From positions 58,094,001-58,158,000 of the forward strand of contig OX597817.1 in NCBI GenBank assembly GCA_951406725.2: 64,000 nt of DNA. The letters are read 5' to 3'. Under the pieces are notes generated by a model. It was not told the DNA's origin. It did no database searches and was given only the letters and a program-made list of their open reading frames with translations. Each line of letters opens with the position of its first letter. Position 1 is the first letter of the stretch. The translations under genes were made by a program, and so were the position numbers. This stretch comes from Octopus vulgaris. Taxonomy: Eukaryota. Positions 1-14,700 of this stretch are shown in pieces.

Positions 1-858
1 AAAAATAGGAAACAAAAAGAGAAAATTTAAAAAATAAATTCTATAGAAAAGATTAAGGTTTACGAAATTTATAGAAATAAGCAAAAGTAAGAAAAATAAA
101 AAAAAAACAAAAAGCAGAAAATGATAAACTGGTTATATTAAAACAATAAATATAATCAAATAAATGCGATTTAAAAACTAGGTAATATCAATTAGTGGTG
201 AAGGTGAAATACATAATATGTATTGATGTATATATCATAAGATAAAGCACTTGTAGAGCCAGTATAAGACAGCTGATGTATAAAAGTAGATTAAGATAAA
301 TGGAGTATCAAAACGGTATAAGTGATATTTTGGAACGGAATATGATGAAGATAATAAATAAAATATGATAATGAGATAGAATTTTAAAAAATTGAACAGG
401 ATTAAGCAGGAATAAGATAACAGAAAAAATAAATGAGATTTAAAAATGAAATAAGGTGATGCATACATAACAAAACAATAAAACAGAATAACAGATAAAA
501 ACAAGATAATTGCTATTTATAAATAAGATAAAAAAAGATAAAAAGAAGACAAAATAACACGCAAAAAATAAAAATAAGAGAAATAAAATTCAAAAACAGA
601 GTAAAATAAATGCGATAAAATAAACAGAAAAGAATTGGTGAAATATGAAAAAAAAAACCCAAAATAAGACGTTAGAATAAAAGATGAGAAAAAGGAGAAG
701 AAAGCGATGTAAATTAGAGATGAAAGCAGAATTCGATTTAAAAAAGATATATGCAAAACTGATTAAGGTAAACTGCATTGGTGTGTGTGTGTACGTGCTT
801 GTACCACTGCGTGAACACACACACACATACACACACACACAAACACACACACAAACAT

Positions 859-906
<48 letters not shown>

Positions 907-3290
907 CCACACACACGCACAATTACTTTCTCCGTGAGATAAATGAGAGGTATGACAGAATGAAAGGTAATATTAAAAACGAAATAAATAGAAGTGACAA
1001 AAAAAAAACCCCGGAAGGGAATACACGAAATACAAATGAATGAACTAAATGGAATAATATAACCATAGATTAAGGTAATATATATTGGAAAAGAGGAGAC
1101 TAATGAGATATGATACAGAATAACATGAAACATATATAAGATCCGAAAGAGAAATGCAAAACAGAATGAGAAGGATGTGATATGAAATGAGAATACGATA
1201 ATGAATAAACGGAAGCAGAAAAGCAAAAAGGATACAAGTAGAATAAGAGAAATGAGATGTATAAAAGCGGTTTAAATCTCTCTATATATAAACGGAAGTT
1301 TGTCTGTCTGTGTGTCTGTGTGGCTGTCAGGTTGTACCCTCACCCTGGCCACGGCTTTCAACCGATTCTGATGAAACTTGACACACACATAGCCCAATGT
1401 CATAATTCAAAACTAACGCAGCGGAAATTTTGAAAAGTTCCCCCAGTTCTGAAAAAAAACCCGATAAATTCGACATGGGGTCGAGAATATAAGCTTTTTA
1501 TATGCAACACATTTTCTGTTGTAGTTTTCGCAACTTGCAATCGGGTGACAGCTAGGAACATCGTATACATAGAAGTATTCGAGTGAAGAGAAGACATTGC
1601 AACCTACACATGCGCCTTCGTTCCCTAGAGGGAAAGAACTAGATTGGGATTAGTCGTTGCCTACTAGGGGCTCTTACATACCCGGGCAACGCCGGGCTAT
1701 GCTGCTAGTGTAAAATAAATAAAATTACATATATTAGACTAAGATAAGAAAAACAAGGCAGAATAAGATAAACAGAATTAAATCAAATGAAATTTTATGA
1801 AAGTCATTCATTTATTTTGTTTTATATATAAAAAAAAAAGAAGGAAATACATGAGGTGCATAAAGAAAAATACTTAGATGAACACAGAAAAACGTAAAAA
1901 CAGAATAAGGTAAAAGAGATGGAAAAATAGTTTTTAAGACAAATGTGACATGAAATATATGATACATGAAATATTAGCTGGGGAAACGATGTAAAAAAAA
2001 CAGAAAATTAAATGAGATATTAAGTAGAATAAGGTGAAGCACGTAAAGGTGTTATGGGATAGATGAAGTATAAATAGAACGAGATGAAGGGGGTAGGAAA
2101 TGAGAAAAAGGTAATAAAAACAAAAGATGAATGACATAAAAAATCAGAATATGATACGTAGAACATTTATGTATAAAAATGAGTAAGATATAGAAAATAA
2201 GATAAGATAAAGGAGAGAGAAAAAACATTACGATAAATAATATATATATATATAAAACAGTGAGAAACAGAATGAAATAATGATGTTTAAATATGAAATG
2301 AAATAAATAAAATCTAAAACGAAAAGAAAAGAAATGATGTATAAAAGATGATAAAAAATAGAATGATATAAATGTGATAAAAAAAAGTTAGAATTATGAA
2401 GGTGAGAGATAAAATGCGTTTGAGATAATTTATGTAAAAGATGAAATAGTATTAGATTAATTAGATAAGAGGTAAAACGATATGAATGAGAGAATATGTG
2501 GAGTCCCCTGGCGGACGGTTAGTATTAGGAAGATCATACTTTCTTCATAATATCTGGCGAAATTAGAAGATTGAATTTGAAAATAAGGAATTCTGAAGAA
2601 ACGGATGTATAGAATTCACATGATATTATTTTTTTTTAATTAACTTCGTTGTTAAAAGTTTTAGCCTTTGCTAATTATGCATAACACTATTTCATTCTTT
2701 TTAGAAACCATCAACGAGAAAAAGAAAACAAAAAATAATAATTGTAAAAATGTAAGAGAAATTTTTCTAAAAAAAAACAGATTAAGATAAAACATTACGC
2801 AAAATAAATAAGTGAGATAAAAAAGATATTCGGATTAATAAAATATAAAAAGAAACAGAATAAGCGGAAGGAAGTATAAAAACCGTAATAAGGATAAATA
2901 AAACACCGAAGAAGAATGATAATTGAGATGAAAACCAGATCAAGATAAACGATAAATGAAACGAAAATAGATTAAGTGAGAGATCAGATTTAAGACAAAA
3001 CAAAAATTAAAATAATATAATGAATTAGATAATAAAACAAATGTAGGAAAATAAGAGACAATAATGTAAGATGAGATGAACGAAATTTTAAAAAGCGAAT
3101 TATTAGAGAAATAATTATTAGAGAAATAACATTTAGAAAATATGAAACAGAAACGGTTAAACCACGTATAATAGAAGCTGAATGAAAAAAAAAAGGGGGA
3201 GACCGGATCTGTTGTAAATCAAAGATTAAAATATTAAACAAATGAAAAAGTGCATAATTACCAAAGCTTAGCAACTTTATATTAAATTTC
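1..3290. repeat. Strand-asymmetric A/G-rich low-complexity tract (degenerate ATAAGATAAA-like units) with an embedded (CA)n
   Basis: Plus strand dominated by A and G with recurring ataag/ataaa words; minus-strand F/L/I/S-rich ORFs are compositional artefacts. Confidence 0.75.
1277..1708 (+). mobile_element. Non-autonomous Helitron
   Basis: 5' TC start, 3' CTAG end preceded by GC hairpin cccgggcaacgccggg, inserted between A and T with no TSD. Confidence 0.8.
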
Positions 3291-5099
3291 AATTATATTT
3301 TTACAAATCATTTATTTAGTTTCTTTTTCCTCATGTAATGCTGATCATTTCTAAAAGGGATGAAATAGTGCTATATATGATTACTTTTCACTAGACATTT
3401 TAAGAGCTTCGTAATAAGCAAAAAGCAAAAAAATTAGATATGTATATTTTGTGCATCTTTTACCTTACTCCTTAATTTCAAATTCAAGCTGTTAATACAG
3501 TGACATATTAACGACGGATTGATTATCTCCCTTGTACTAATTGTCCACAAGGGGACTCTCCGTATTTGAAAATAATGTCGGAATATTACGAATCTTAAGT
3601 CATTATTATATAAACAATTGCAACAAATCGTTGCAAAAATATAACAACATCTAGAACTAGAATTCTGAGGTATTTCCGTTGCTCTGTTTGTGCTCCTCAT
3701 TCTGGTCAGACATTTACAACCGCTTTACTCTTACTTCCTCACATCTTCTGAGTCAGTCATTTCTAGAAATCAATCGTTATAGTAATTATGTAAGCAGTTC
3801 GATACTTTCCCCCTTTCGATCACATTTAATAATACTGAGAAAACACAATTCTGTAATTCTTTAATGGTTTTAAATATCAGAGATATATCTGTCCTGAAAT
3901 ACCACCTTCAACCATTGCTGTTCTATGTCGTTGTCGAAATCTTCGATCTGTGCTATGAATTTCACAGCCCTGCGAGAAAACCTTTGAATGAGCGCTTAGC
4001 AATAGTAGCTAAATCTCACTCGCCTTCATAAATGAGGAAATAACGCATTTGATAATGTAGGCCTACATATTTATATAAAAATGGTGGGATGGTCAGGGCT
4101 TCAATGTATTTGATCATTGGTCTGTTTGATCACAATTTACATAAGGTTAAACAAAATTAGTAGCAGCAGTAGCAGCAACAGCAGTGCTAGCTGTGAGGTC
4201 TATAAATTGTGATGTTCAGATTCTCTGAAACGGAATCTTCCTTAATGATGATGGCCTGAGGGGTGATAAAAAATTGACTTTCTTTTGTAAAGACTCTTTA
4301 AAAAACGAAAATTTGTTTAGAAAATGTAGGAAACTTTAAGAAACACTCACAAAAATACATACAAAAACACGTCATATACGCGAAAACACGTACTGCATAA
4401 TAATATATACATATACAAGAATACAGATATATTAGATCATTTGGATCCGTGTTCAAAATAAAGGTTACGGTCTTAAGTAACAAACATGCGCACCCATCCA
4501 TCCATACTATGTATGTACACACACACACATACGCATGCACGCACGCACACATATATATATACACATGCTTTAATTATGAACGACAAGGTAACGTGAGTTA
4601 ATTAAGCAGACTCATTAGCTTGCAGCCGTCTCTGCTATAAGAAACAGCGCACTGAGAGGTGGGTGCCTGTGCAGCATCTTATAGCTTCCTCAGAGCTATT
4701 AAAATGAAGTGTATGTTCATTTCGGAATGCACTGCTTCGTATAGCAATAGCAGAAACAGATGTAAGCAAATGAAGGTGATTACATGACTCCTGATCCCTT
4801 GTCCATTATTAATTAAAATCAGGCTTTGTACTCGGCCGACGCTTTACTCTGAATCATACGTCTACTGATTTCTAACAACAGGTTATTAGTGTCGCTACAT
4901 CTAAGCAAAATCATAAAATACATATATGTATGTAATGTATGTATGTATGTATGTATGTATGTATGTATGTATGTATGTATATGCGCTTATATGCGTCATT
5001 ATGAGTACACGCGTGGTTAGAATATATAAACCCTTCCATTCTGTTCTGTTCACAAAATAATTTTACAACACTTGCGTAAAGAATGTGGGGGTCCCTCAT

Positions 5100-5139
<40 letters not shown>

Positions 5140-5390
5140 TTTATACCATGAAGAACACAAAGAAGTGGTTAAAGAAAACAGAGTGAGAGAAAAAGGGGTC
5201 GTGTTTTTACCATCTTTACCTTTACTGAGAACAGCTACAGTCAAGATTTGATGAGGATTCTTTAGAATTCAACATTTCCTAGACACGTGTCGTAGAATCT
5301 TAGATTTAGTGCCGTAGCGACAGTTTTTCAAATTCCATCTCTGATATCCTGTATAATTATTTTGTTAATTTTTTAAAAAGTCATTATTTC

Positions 5391-5468
<78 letters not shown>

Positions 5469-5950
5469 GTTTGTGGGTTGGTAGAATCTTTGGAGCGTCG
5501 AACAAAATGTTTTACGGAATTTTGTTACAGTTATTCACGTTCTGAGTTAGAACCCCGGGCGATGTTAACTTTTGCTTTACATCCTTCGGGTGTCGATTAA
5601 AAAAAAGTACCAGTAAGATACTGGAAACGATTTTCTCTCGGCTTATTGACCCCACCGTCAACATTGTAGCTTTAAGCCTATCTAAAAAAAAAATCAATAT
5701 TTTGTGATATTGTAAAATGATCGATAATAAAGACTTAGGCAAGTTGTTGCTTTCTTATTCATTTTATATTCTTTATATTTTAAAATTTTTTTGCTTGTTT
5801 CTGTTAAGAGACTGCGGTCATGCTGGGGCACCGATTTCAAAGGAAGATGTTTCGCATGTTAGTGACGCGTTCATTTCAACCAGTGCTTACTTTATTTTAG
5901 TTCTTATTTTATTAAATGGCTAAGTTACAGAATCTCATAAGTATGTGTGT

Positions 5951-6000
<50 letters not shown>

Positions 6001-6529
6001 CAGAGTGTGTAAAATTGTGTTAGATCTATATTAATCAATCAAATTTCATCATAGTCTGATTTTCATATTTTGTTTCCAATTTTTGCATTTTAAAGAATGC
6101 TGACATTTTTTTATAGCAATCCTCGGGTAAATGTGTACGTAAGTGGCTTTGGCAAGCTAAACTAGATGGGGTTGCAGTATAGTAAAGGGGAGATAATAAT
6201 CTATAAATTACTTTCAATATTGCAAGAAGTTGTGAGTGAACATTATTATTGAAGGAACTTAAATTCAGATCAAATTAATATTATTGTCCCTTTTGAAGTT
6301 TTCGAACTTCTCAATAAATTTCTCCCCTTTTCGTCATCCTGTAAAGTAAATTTCATGTTTTATCCCAATATTCATGTAAGTAGTATCTTTCTTGGTTAGA
6401 GTTCCTGTATAGTTAAGTTGAGATAATCTGAAAATTATTGTCAATATTACTACAGTTTTATGATTATTTCTATTATTAAAAATTGTATGCGAATTCAATT
6501 CACCATTAATATTGTTATTCATATAATTG

Positions 6530-6850
6530 TTCATTCAGAACGGGTTTGAACTCCTCACTAAAATTAATTTTTCTTAGTCTTCTTGTATCTTCACTTGAGT
6601 CATAAAGTTTGCAAAATGGGAATATCAAAAACATTTTGTAACAACATATTTTTTAATGGTTATTTACTGGGGTCTGGCGGACATCAAGAGTCATAATTTG
6701 TTGCCGGTGTACTCGTATGCGTTCCGATAATGAATTTCCTGTTTGGCCAATATATATTTTTTTCACATTTCGGACATTTGATGTGGTAGATAAGATTTCT
6801 GCGTTTGCATTTCATATTTTCATTTAGATGTATTCTCACGGGTTTGTGCC
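6530..6850 (-). mobile_element. Penelope-like element, degenerate GIY-YIG endonuclease
   Basis: CKRRNLIYHIKCPKCEK, then frameshifted YIGQTGNSLSERIRVHRQQI, and downstream IFPFCK...FKPVLN. Confidence 0.75.
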
Positions 6851-6914
6851 GACATATTGACCAGTATGTATGAACTGCTGCATACCACAACGAACTAAAT
6901 TTAATAACTGATCG

Positions 6915-7150
6915 AACACTTGTTCAAAGTAAAAGGCAACTGAAAATCATGAAACAGTCGTTGAAGAGGCTAAGTATGATGCAAACAGCAATGATAAAAT
7001 GTTCATGGTATTCAAATACAATGACAATCTATGTAGCACATGTCAATTCATATATATCAGTCAGTCTATAAACACAAGAACTAGAAGAATATGTGATTTT
7101 GAAAGTAATTTATTATATAGCAATGCCATCTATATTGTTAATGCTACTAC
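6915..7150 (+). mobile_element. Penelope-like linker fragment in opposite orientation
   Basis: QSKRQ.K..KQ.LKR.K and NDNLCSTCQFI resemble the Cys-rich linker upstream of PLE GIY-YIG. Confidence 0.45.
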
Positions 7151-7399
7151 CTATACATTTACATGAAGATTGTTATAAAGCATGAAAGCACTTGTAGAAA
7201 TGTGAAATTACAAAAATAAGATGTGAAAATCTTGTAATTTCATTGACTATGATGTTGTATTGCATATATATATTTATTATATAATATACATGTGTACGTA
7301 GCTGTGTGTATTTTTAAGGTCTCTTTCACTCTCCCCCTCTCTCTCTCACTCACTCTCTCTCTCTCTCTCTCTATTTCTCTCTCTCAAAAAAACCTGCAC

Positions 7400-8630
7400 T
7401 TTTGCGACAACGCGCCTATCATCCGGCGCGGCGTGTTTTCAATAGTCTTCATATATGCGTGAGTTGGACCTCCAGTCTCCTAACAGCCACATCATGTCAC
7501 GTGCTAGAATCAACGCCTGTTTGTCGCAAGTGAAACAATAGATTTGGATGGGGAACGTATCTGTGCAATATTCTGTTTCATATTGTAGGAAAAACCTTCT
7601 GCAGAGATTATCTAACGTCGCAACATGTCTGTGGGGAGAATTGTTTGGGCTGAAGGCAACGTCACAAGTGATGCAGTGAAACCAGCTTTCGAAATTGGAA
7701 ATAAGATCCACTGAAGGCGATCTCAAAACTGAACGACCTTATATGACCGCGGCCCGACGAAAGGAGGTGCTGTGATTCTTGAAAATCATCACTTCACTCT
7801 TCGTGAAGGTTCCGAAGATATAAGCATCTGTAAAAATTTATCCCACATGATTAAGAAAAAACATGCATCATGAATTAAGCCATTACAATTTTGCTGGCAA
7901 AGGAACAATAAGGGAATCGAGAGTCACTGTCAGTGGGGAGTCATTTGATCATTAGAATTACGATGGAAAGTTTCTGGCGAGAGTCGTTACAGTCAAGGAA
8001 GCGTGGGACTACATCTGCGATATCAGAAGAGAGAGAAACTCATCACGGTGGGTTGGATCGTCGTCACCGCAAACTAAAGAAAAACGAGAAGTGAAGAAGG
8101 TGTCGATCGAGTTTTTTTTTTCTTAAATAAACATCATTCATCATGAACTTCGTCCACATAAACAAGTGCTCGATCAGTTATTGAATTTAGTTCGTTGTGG
8201 TATGCGTCAGTTCACACATACTGGTCATTATGTCGGCACAAACCCGGGAGAATACATCTAAATGAAAATATGAAATGCAAAAGTACAATAAAGTGTTCTG
8301 CTTGGATGAGTAATGCGAAGGAAGAGACCTGAAGCATGGACAAAACCAAACCTGGGAACTGCAACACGAAAAGTCACGTGATCGCACGCCACTCTCGCTT
8401 TATCCCTGACTTTTTGACAAAGCACGAAGCAACTTTAGTCTTTCCCTCCTCTCCAGGGTTGAAATCCATTCGGAAAGGCTGACGATTACAGGTGATAGAC
8501 AGAGGTGAAGTAAATTCACTACAAGAACTGTGCACTACCACTGAAAATGTATTCCAAGAAGGATTTCAAAACTGAACAAAAAAGGAAAAAAACATGAGAA
8601 CTGTCTTGAAGACGTCTGACTAAATTATTA
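7400..8630 (+). mobile_element. Degenerate mariner transposase remnant
   Basis: Frameshifted motifs QHVCGENCL, WVGSSSPQTKEKR, IHHELRP, LKSIRKG..., ENVFQEGFQN. Confidence 0.65.
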
Positions 8631-9039
8631 AAAAAAATATACATATAAGTTTTTTTGTGGGGTCACGTGTATGTAAAAAGATCTATAAATACATAACACA
8701 AAAGTACAGTTAAGAATTTCGCTTCGCAATCACGTCAGTCAAGTTTCGATCCCTTTGTCAACACCTTAGAGCACGTGTCTTATACCTCGGCTTGACCAAT
8801 GGCTTGCAAGTGGAATTGAGTAGACAGAAAACTAGACACACACACACACACATTTATATATATATATATACACATACATATATACACGCACATACAAAAT
8901 ATACATTTTATACAAGTACATATGTATTTAGAGTTCAGACTAAATTTGACAGTTTGAATAAAATAAAAAAGAAAATCACAATATATCATCCAAAAATAAA
9001 ATTATTTTTAATATTTTCAAAAAATCAAAAATAACTTGA

Positions 9040-9770
9040 CTATGGCCGGGAGATAACATTTTACTCAAAATAGCCACCCTCAGCTTCCACCACAACCTCA
9101 AGACGGCTCTAGAATCTGGCACATGCGTTCCTCACGAATCCTTGGCAAGATCTTCAAACACTTCCTTCTCTTTGTCCACCAGTTGGCCTTAGTGTTGCGT
9201 GTAGAGCAGTTGGTGTCTTTCTCAACCATGCCTTATACTTCGTAATCTATGGGGTTACGAGTGGGAGAATAAGGAGGCCAGAAATTCTGCTGCAGTCACT
9301 TCTGCTTGTTTCTGGAGGTATGGCAAGGAGCCAAATCCTGCTGCCACACATATGGCCTCCAAGCAGTAACACTCTCCAGCAGCTTCAATTGAGCTAAAGG
9401 CCCTGTTCAAAGATGTGGGCATGAATTGCGGCGTGCGGAAGCAGTCAGAACTCCCACCGTGTCCATTCGTGGTGGCCACGGCTTCGTAGTCTCCGTTGCA
9501 GCTGTCTATGTCACATCTTACAACCTTTGCAGTGTTCACAGAACATTGAAGAGCAGCAGTCATGTGTGTCAGCATCATGAGACAGGTAACTCTTTCCTAG
9601 TATCCAGATGGCTTCCGGTCCTTCATTTCAGCTAACTTTTACTCAACAACAACTTTGATCTTTATTATCTCCGACGCCGTTGACTCTTCACTATTGACTC
9701 TTCCTGAAAAAATAAAATAAATAAACAAGGAGACCATAAAGAGGTCGTCAAATTTATCCCGAACACCCTT
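9040..9770 (-). mobile_element. Degenerate Tc1/mariner (maT-like) transposon
   Basis: FWPPYSPTRNPIDY (cf. WPPxSPDLNPxDY) and C-terminal RLEVVVEAEGGYFE. Confidence 0.7.
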
Positions 9771-10239
9771 TATGCGTTTTACATGCTTTGTTCTGTTTAT
9801 ATACGCATACACATTAAGTATTTCTTATGGTGGCGGCGGCGGCGGGGTTGTTGATGATGATGATGATGATGATGTAATGCCGTCCGTATAGTTGTCTCTC
9901 CTCGGTGCTTTTAAGTTCTGTCTTCAATAAGTCCGAAGTAGGTCAAGTGGTCACTTCATTCTATACTGGTCAAAGTAGGTCCTTTTACAATCACCCAAAC
10001 TCCTGTCGTGTGACACCTCTCACAACCCCACTCCTCCAATAGCTCCCCTCCCACTCCTCTTTCATAGCCTTTCTACCCCCGTCTTCGCCTCCCCTTTAGT
10101 AACCCCCCTAATACACCTCTCTCGATTTTCCTTCTTTCCACCTCCCATTTCTTCTCTCCGCTACTACCGCTCCTCCTCCTCCTACTACTACTACTACTAC
10201 TACTACCTCTATTGAATAGCGCTTTCTACGTGAGAAGGG

Positions 10240-10580
10240 AGACTCCTTTGATTTCTATTCCACTCAACTGGGCCTCCATAGCCATTTGATGTATGTATAT
10301 TAAAAAATCTTACTGTGGTTTTATAATTAAATATTTGGAATTGTATAAAAGAATTTAGAATGTTTTGAGTGTTGTAAGAGTCTAAGCAATTTATTGCGCA
10401 AATTTTAACAACAAATTTTAACAAATTTTACAAATTTAACAAATTTTAACAAGTTTTAACAAATTTTAACAAATCTTAACAAATTTTAATAAATCTTAGC
10501 TAATTTTAACAACAAATTTTATCAACAAAATCTCATATGGGTCCCCATGGGCCATATGGATCATGCTTGAGAACCACTAC
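10240..10580 (-). mobile_element. hAT-type MITE (same family as 56699-56956) with an internal 10-bp AAATTTTAAC tandem expansion at ~10400-10525
   Basis: Terminal gagaaccact and internal similarity to the 56.7-kb copy in reverse orientation. Confidence 0.6.
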
Positions 10581-10713
10581 TGTAGTGTTCCCTTGGGGAT
10601 CTGTCGTCTGGTTTTGTCTCTCCAGTTATAGGCCGTTCAAAAAGATCCAAGCCTAGCCAGTATGGCATGACGGACAGTTTGTTGTCCATGCAGCTTGTTC
10701 TCCCAACTCTCTC

Positions 10714-10744
<31 letters not shown>

Positions 10745-11411
10745 CCCCCCCTCTCTCTCTCTCTCTCTCTCTCTTCACGTCACTGATGGATCCAAAGGAA
10801 CAACGCAACAGTTACAATTTGGTACCAGGAATTGCCAGAACAACAGTATAAGTGCCCTGTAAATGTTGTATCATAGAAAGTTTTGAATATTAATTCCTCT
10901 GAGACTCCGATTCTTGATTTTTTCGGGTTTTACTCCTGATACCTTTCCATGGATTGGTTGGTCGCAAAGCAGTAGAGATTTGAAATCCAGGTTTTCCATC
11001 CCCACTCCTACCCCGGGTAACGTGTTCCAACTGCCCGACTGATTTGCTAATTAGTCCATAGCTGGGACCTTGACAAGTGTGGAACCACTTTCTAGCCGCT
11101 ATTATCCCCAGAGAAGACCTGGGAACAATTGGGGCTAATAGGTGGTTCCACACTCTTCAAAACCTTGGAACTTCCGAAGCAGTTCCCCCACACTGGATAT
11201 TGTGTGAAGTCATACCAAGGACTAGAAAGATACGACACACACACACACACACGCACGCACACATACACACATACACACGTACACACATAAACACACACCA
11301 CACACAAACACACCACACCACACACACATGCACACACACGCACGTAAACACACACAGATTGATAGAGTGACAGAGAGGTAGAAAGACGGACTGACAGACT
11401 GACTGTATATA

Positions 11412-11444
<33 letters not shown>

Positions 11445-11445
11445 G

Positions 11446-11750
11446 TGGAGGCGCAATGGCCCAGTGGTTAGGGCAGCGGACTCGCGGTCGTAGGATCGCG
11501 GTTTCGATTCCTAGACCGGGCGTTGTGAGTGTTTATTGAGCGAAAACACCTAAAAGCTCCACGAGGCTCCGGCAGGGGGTGGTGATCCCTGCTGTACTCT
11601 TTCACCACACTTTCTCTCACTCTTTCTTCTGTTGGCCTGCTCGCTTAGCCAGCGGGGTGGCGTCATTCGAAGGCTAAAACAATGCGAACGCATTGTGACC
11701 AGCGATGTGTAACAACATCTGATGGTCTGGTCGGTCACGTGATCACGTGA
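11446..11750 (+). mobile_element. Young tRNA-derived SINE
   Basis: A box TGGCCCAGTGG, B-box-like GTTTCGATTCC, CpGs retained, cacgtgat tail; inserted in microsatellite. Confidence 0.8.
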
Positions 11751-12578
11751 ACACATACATATATATATATATATATACAGAGAGAAAGACAAAGCGATAG
11801 ATAGATAGAAAGAAGAGGCGACAGACTGAGTAAGGCACTGAATGAAAGTTTAAGGGTCGAAATAAATGAGTAGAATTTTGAGGAAGAGATTGAGTGACAT
11901 GGAGAATTTTGAACAGCAATTCCTGGAAGGTGTTAGCATTGCAGGAGTACTTCGAGTTCTGATCAGTTCTACAGCTAACTGACGTGTTGGTTACGGATGG
12001 CAGTCTCCGTTAGAAACGAAACATATGCGATAATGTTGAAAGACGTGTAAGATTAAACAAACAATGCGAAATGCTGTGAAGATCCCAGGGAAACACATTG
12101 GAGTCTGCTTGCGTATCTGGAACAGTACATCTGCTATACGCATACTTTCTAGATAATATAGAAGAGATTGAGGAGGGAGGGGAAGAGAAGGGGAGGAATG
12201 GAAGATGACGTAGGGAGAGAGGGAGGAAGTGGAGGAGGAGGATAGAAGGAGGGGAGGAGGATTGTAAATTCAATACCGGTGAGATCTGAAATCAGAACGT
12301 AAATGGCCGTAACTAAAAGTCACAAATTATTTTGTCCGATGCTCTACCGACTCTGACACTCCATCATCCCGTGACGTGGAAACATACTAAGACTAAAGCT
12401 TGTAAGTGGTACAGTAAAGACATTTAAGACTTTATGAAAGTCTCTAATGTTGCTGGTGTGGAGTTTGCTTCGTATCTTATTTATTGAGAGATTTTCCGTT
12501 GATAGAGAAGGAATTTAATTTACTAAAAGGAAAAAAATTACCACACACACACACACACACGCGCGCGCGGACACACAC

Positions 12579-12612
<34 letters not shown>

Positions 12613-13821
12613 ATACATGCAAAGATAAATGTGTTTATATATATATATATATATACATATATATACATATGTGTGTGTATATGTGTGTGTGTGTGTGTAT
12701 GCATGCATGTATATACGTATGTTTGTATGCATGAATATGTATATATAAATATATAAACACATATATGCATATCCATACAGACGCACACATGCATACATAC
12801 ATGCTTACATGCATACAAGCATAATGCATACATACATACATACATACATACATACATACATACATACATACATACACAAACACATGCAAGCATATATATA
12901 CAAACAGATATACAAGCGTGCATACATACATTTGTACATACATACGCACATGTATATGTACATATATACCTACCTACCTACCTACCCTACCTACCTACCT
13001 ACCTACCGACCTACCTAGATACATACATACACACATACATACATACATACATACATACATACATACATACATACATACATACATACACAGGCACACACGA
13101 ACGCACACACGCACGCACACATACACACATACGTATACATACATACACACATACGTATACATACATATATACATACATTACATACGTATACAGACATACA
13201 TAACTACATGCATACGAGTATAATTTTGAAGCCCTTCAGTTAAGATGTGTAATTAATGAGTTACTTAAGTGGTTAAGTAGATTTGAAAATAGAAAAAAAC
13301 AGTTGAATGCAATAAGGGTTTCTAATTTAGCCAGAATCAAAAACGTTTCTGGAGAAGTCAACAGTTGATTATGTTAACTTCACAACCTGCTTGGTAGAAC
13401 GAGGGGTCACCCAGTGATCACCAGGCATACTAGAAACAGCAACCAAATTTCTCTCAAATTACACCCCGCTATATTGAAATAGGAAGTCATGTTGATCTGT
13501 AATGTTGATCTAGATGTAAAATGTCAGACTAAATGATGGAATGGCCATATCTGGAATTGGATTATACGATCGAGGTCTCCGAACAACAATGGGTTTAATA
13601 ACGATAGGCTGACGTCGGTGAAATTCGAACGCAGAACCTAAAGAAGCGTAGCTTAATATCCATCCCGTTTAGTCAATTACCGTTATTATCACTTTCTCCA
13701 TCCTCAGTGAAATCTAACAAAAATCTCAAATTTATTTTTCTTTTCGGCGATCCTACGGAGATAGTATATCAAAACTGAAACTATTTGTTCGGCAACTTCC
13801 GTAGCAGAATTCCATTTCTTT

Positions 13822-14040
13822 AATACTCTTTTACTCTTTCACTTGTTTCAGTCATTTGACTGCGGCCATGCTGGAGCACCGCCTTTAATCGAGCAACTCG
13901 ACCCCGGGACTTATTCTTTTTGTAAGCCCAGTACTTATTCTATCGGTCTCGTTTGCCGAACCGCTAAGTAACGGGGACATAAACACACCAGCATCGGTTG
14001 TCAAGCAATGCTAGAGGGACAAACACAGACACACAAATAC
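13822..14040 (-). mobile_element. SINE family B, 3' half
   Basis: Reverse complement of the 3' part of 21625-21995. Confidence 0.8.
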
Positions 14041-14384
14041 ACACATACATATATATATATATATACATATATACGACATATATATATATATATATATATA
14101 TATTTTTGTCATGCGGATGGCTTATGTTTATGTGATTTTTTTGTCTGTGTATGTTTTAGTTTTGATATACCATCCCCGAAGGATAGCCTTCTTTTCCTTT
14201 GAAGGAACGTTCGATTGAGTGTTAATTATTTTCTCGATTCCGTAACGAAAAGGTTGACGTTACTGGAATTTTAACTCAAAATAAAAACTACTAAATACCG
14301 CAAAGTCATTCTCTTCGTTGCTCCACCAATTCTACCATTCTGTCACCATTTCGCCCATTGTACTAGTAGGATTGGTAGAACTTG

Positions 14385-14700
14385 AAATTTAAAGTTGCAA
14401 GGAATTGGAGTCTGAAATCTGTGGAGGTTGTTCCTATAATAATTGGCGCATTGGGAACTGTGAGTAGAGATATAGAGAAATGGTTGAAGGAGATTGGAAT
14501 AGAATGTCTTGTAGAGCTTCTACAGAAAGTTTGCCTCTTAGAGACAGGAAAGATTATCAGGAGCGTCTTAAGCACTTGAAAGACTATTGAAAGCTTGAGG
14601 GTACCTGAGGTTACAGATAATAACTTGCTACCCGAATGAATTCAGCCAGGAATAAGACCGAACCTCAGTCACATCACCAATAATAATTATATTAATAATA
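14385..14700 (+). mobile_element. 3' end of a restriction-like-endonuclease non-LTR retrotransposon (R4/Dong-like)
   Basis: VEVVPIIIGALGTV...LQKVCLLETGKIIRSVL* is typical of the R4/Dong C-terminus; followed by a TAA-rich tail. Confidence 0.7.

Noticed and set aside
1368-1378. CTGATGAAAC motif (similar CTGATGA words at ~18778, 47000 and 47692)
   Set aside because: No stem II/GAAA/stem I arrangement; not hammerheads.
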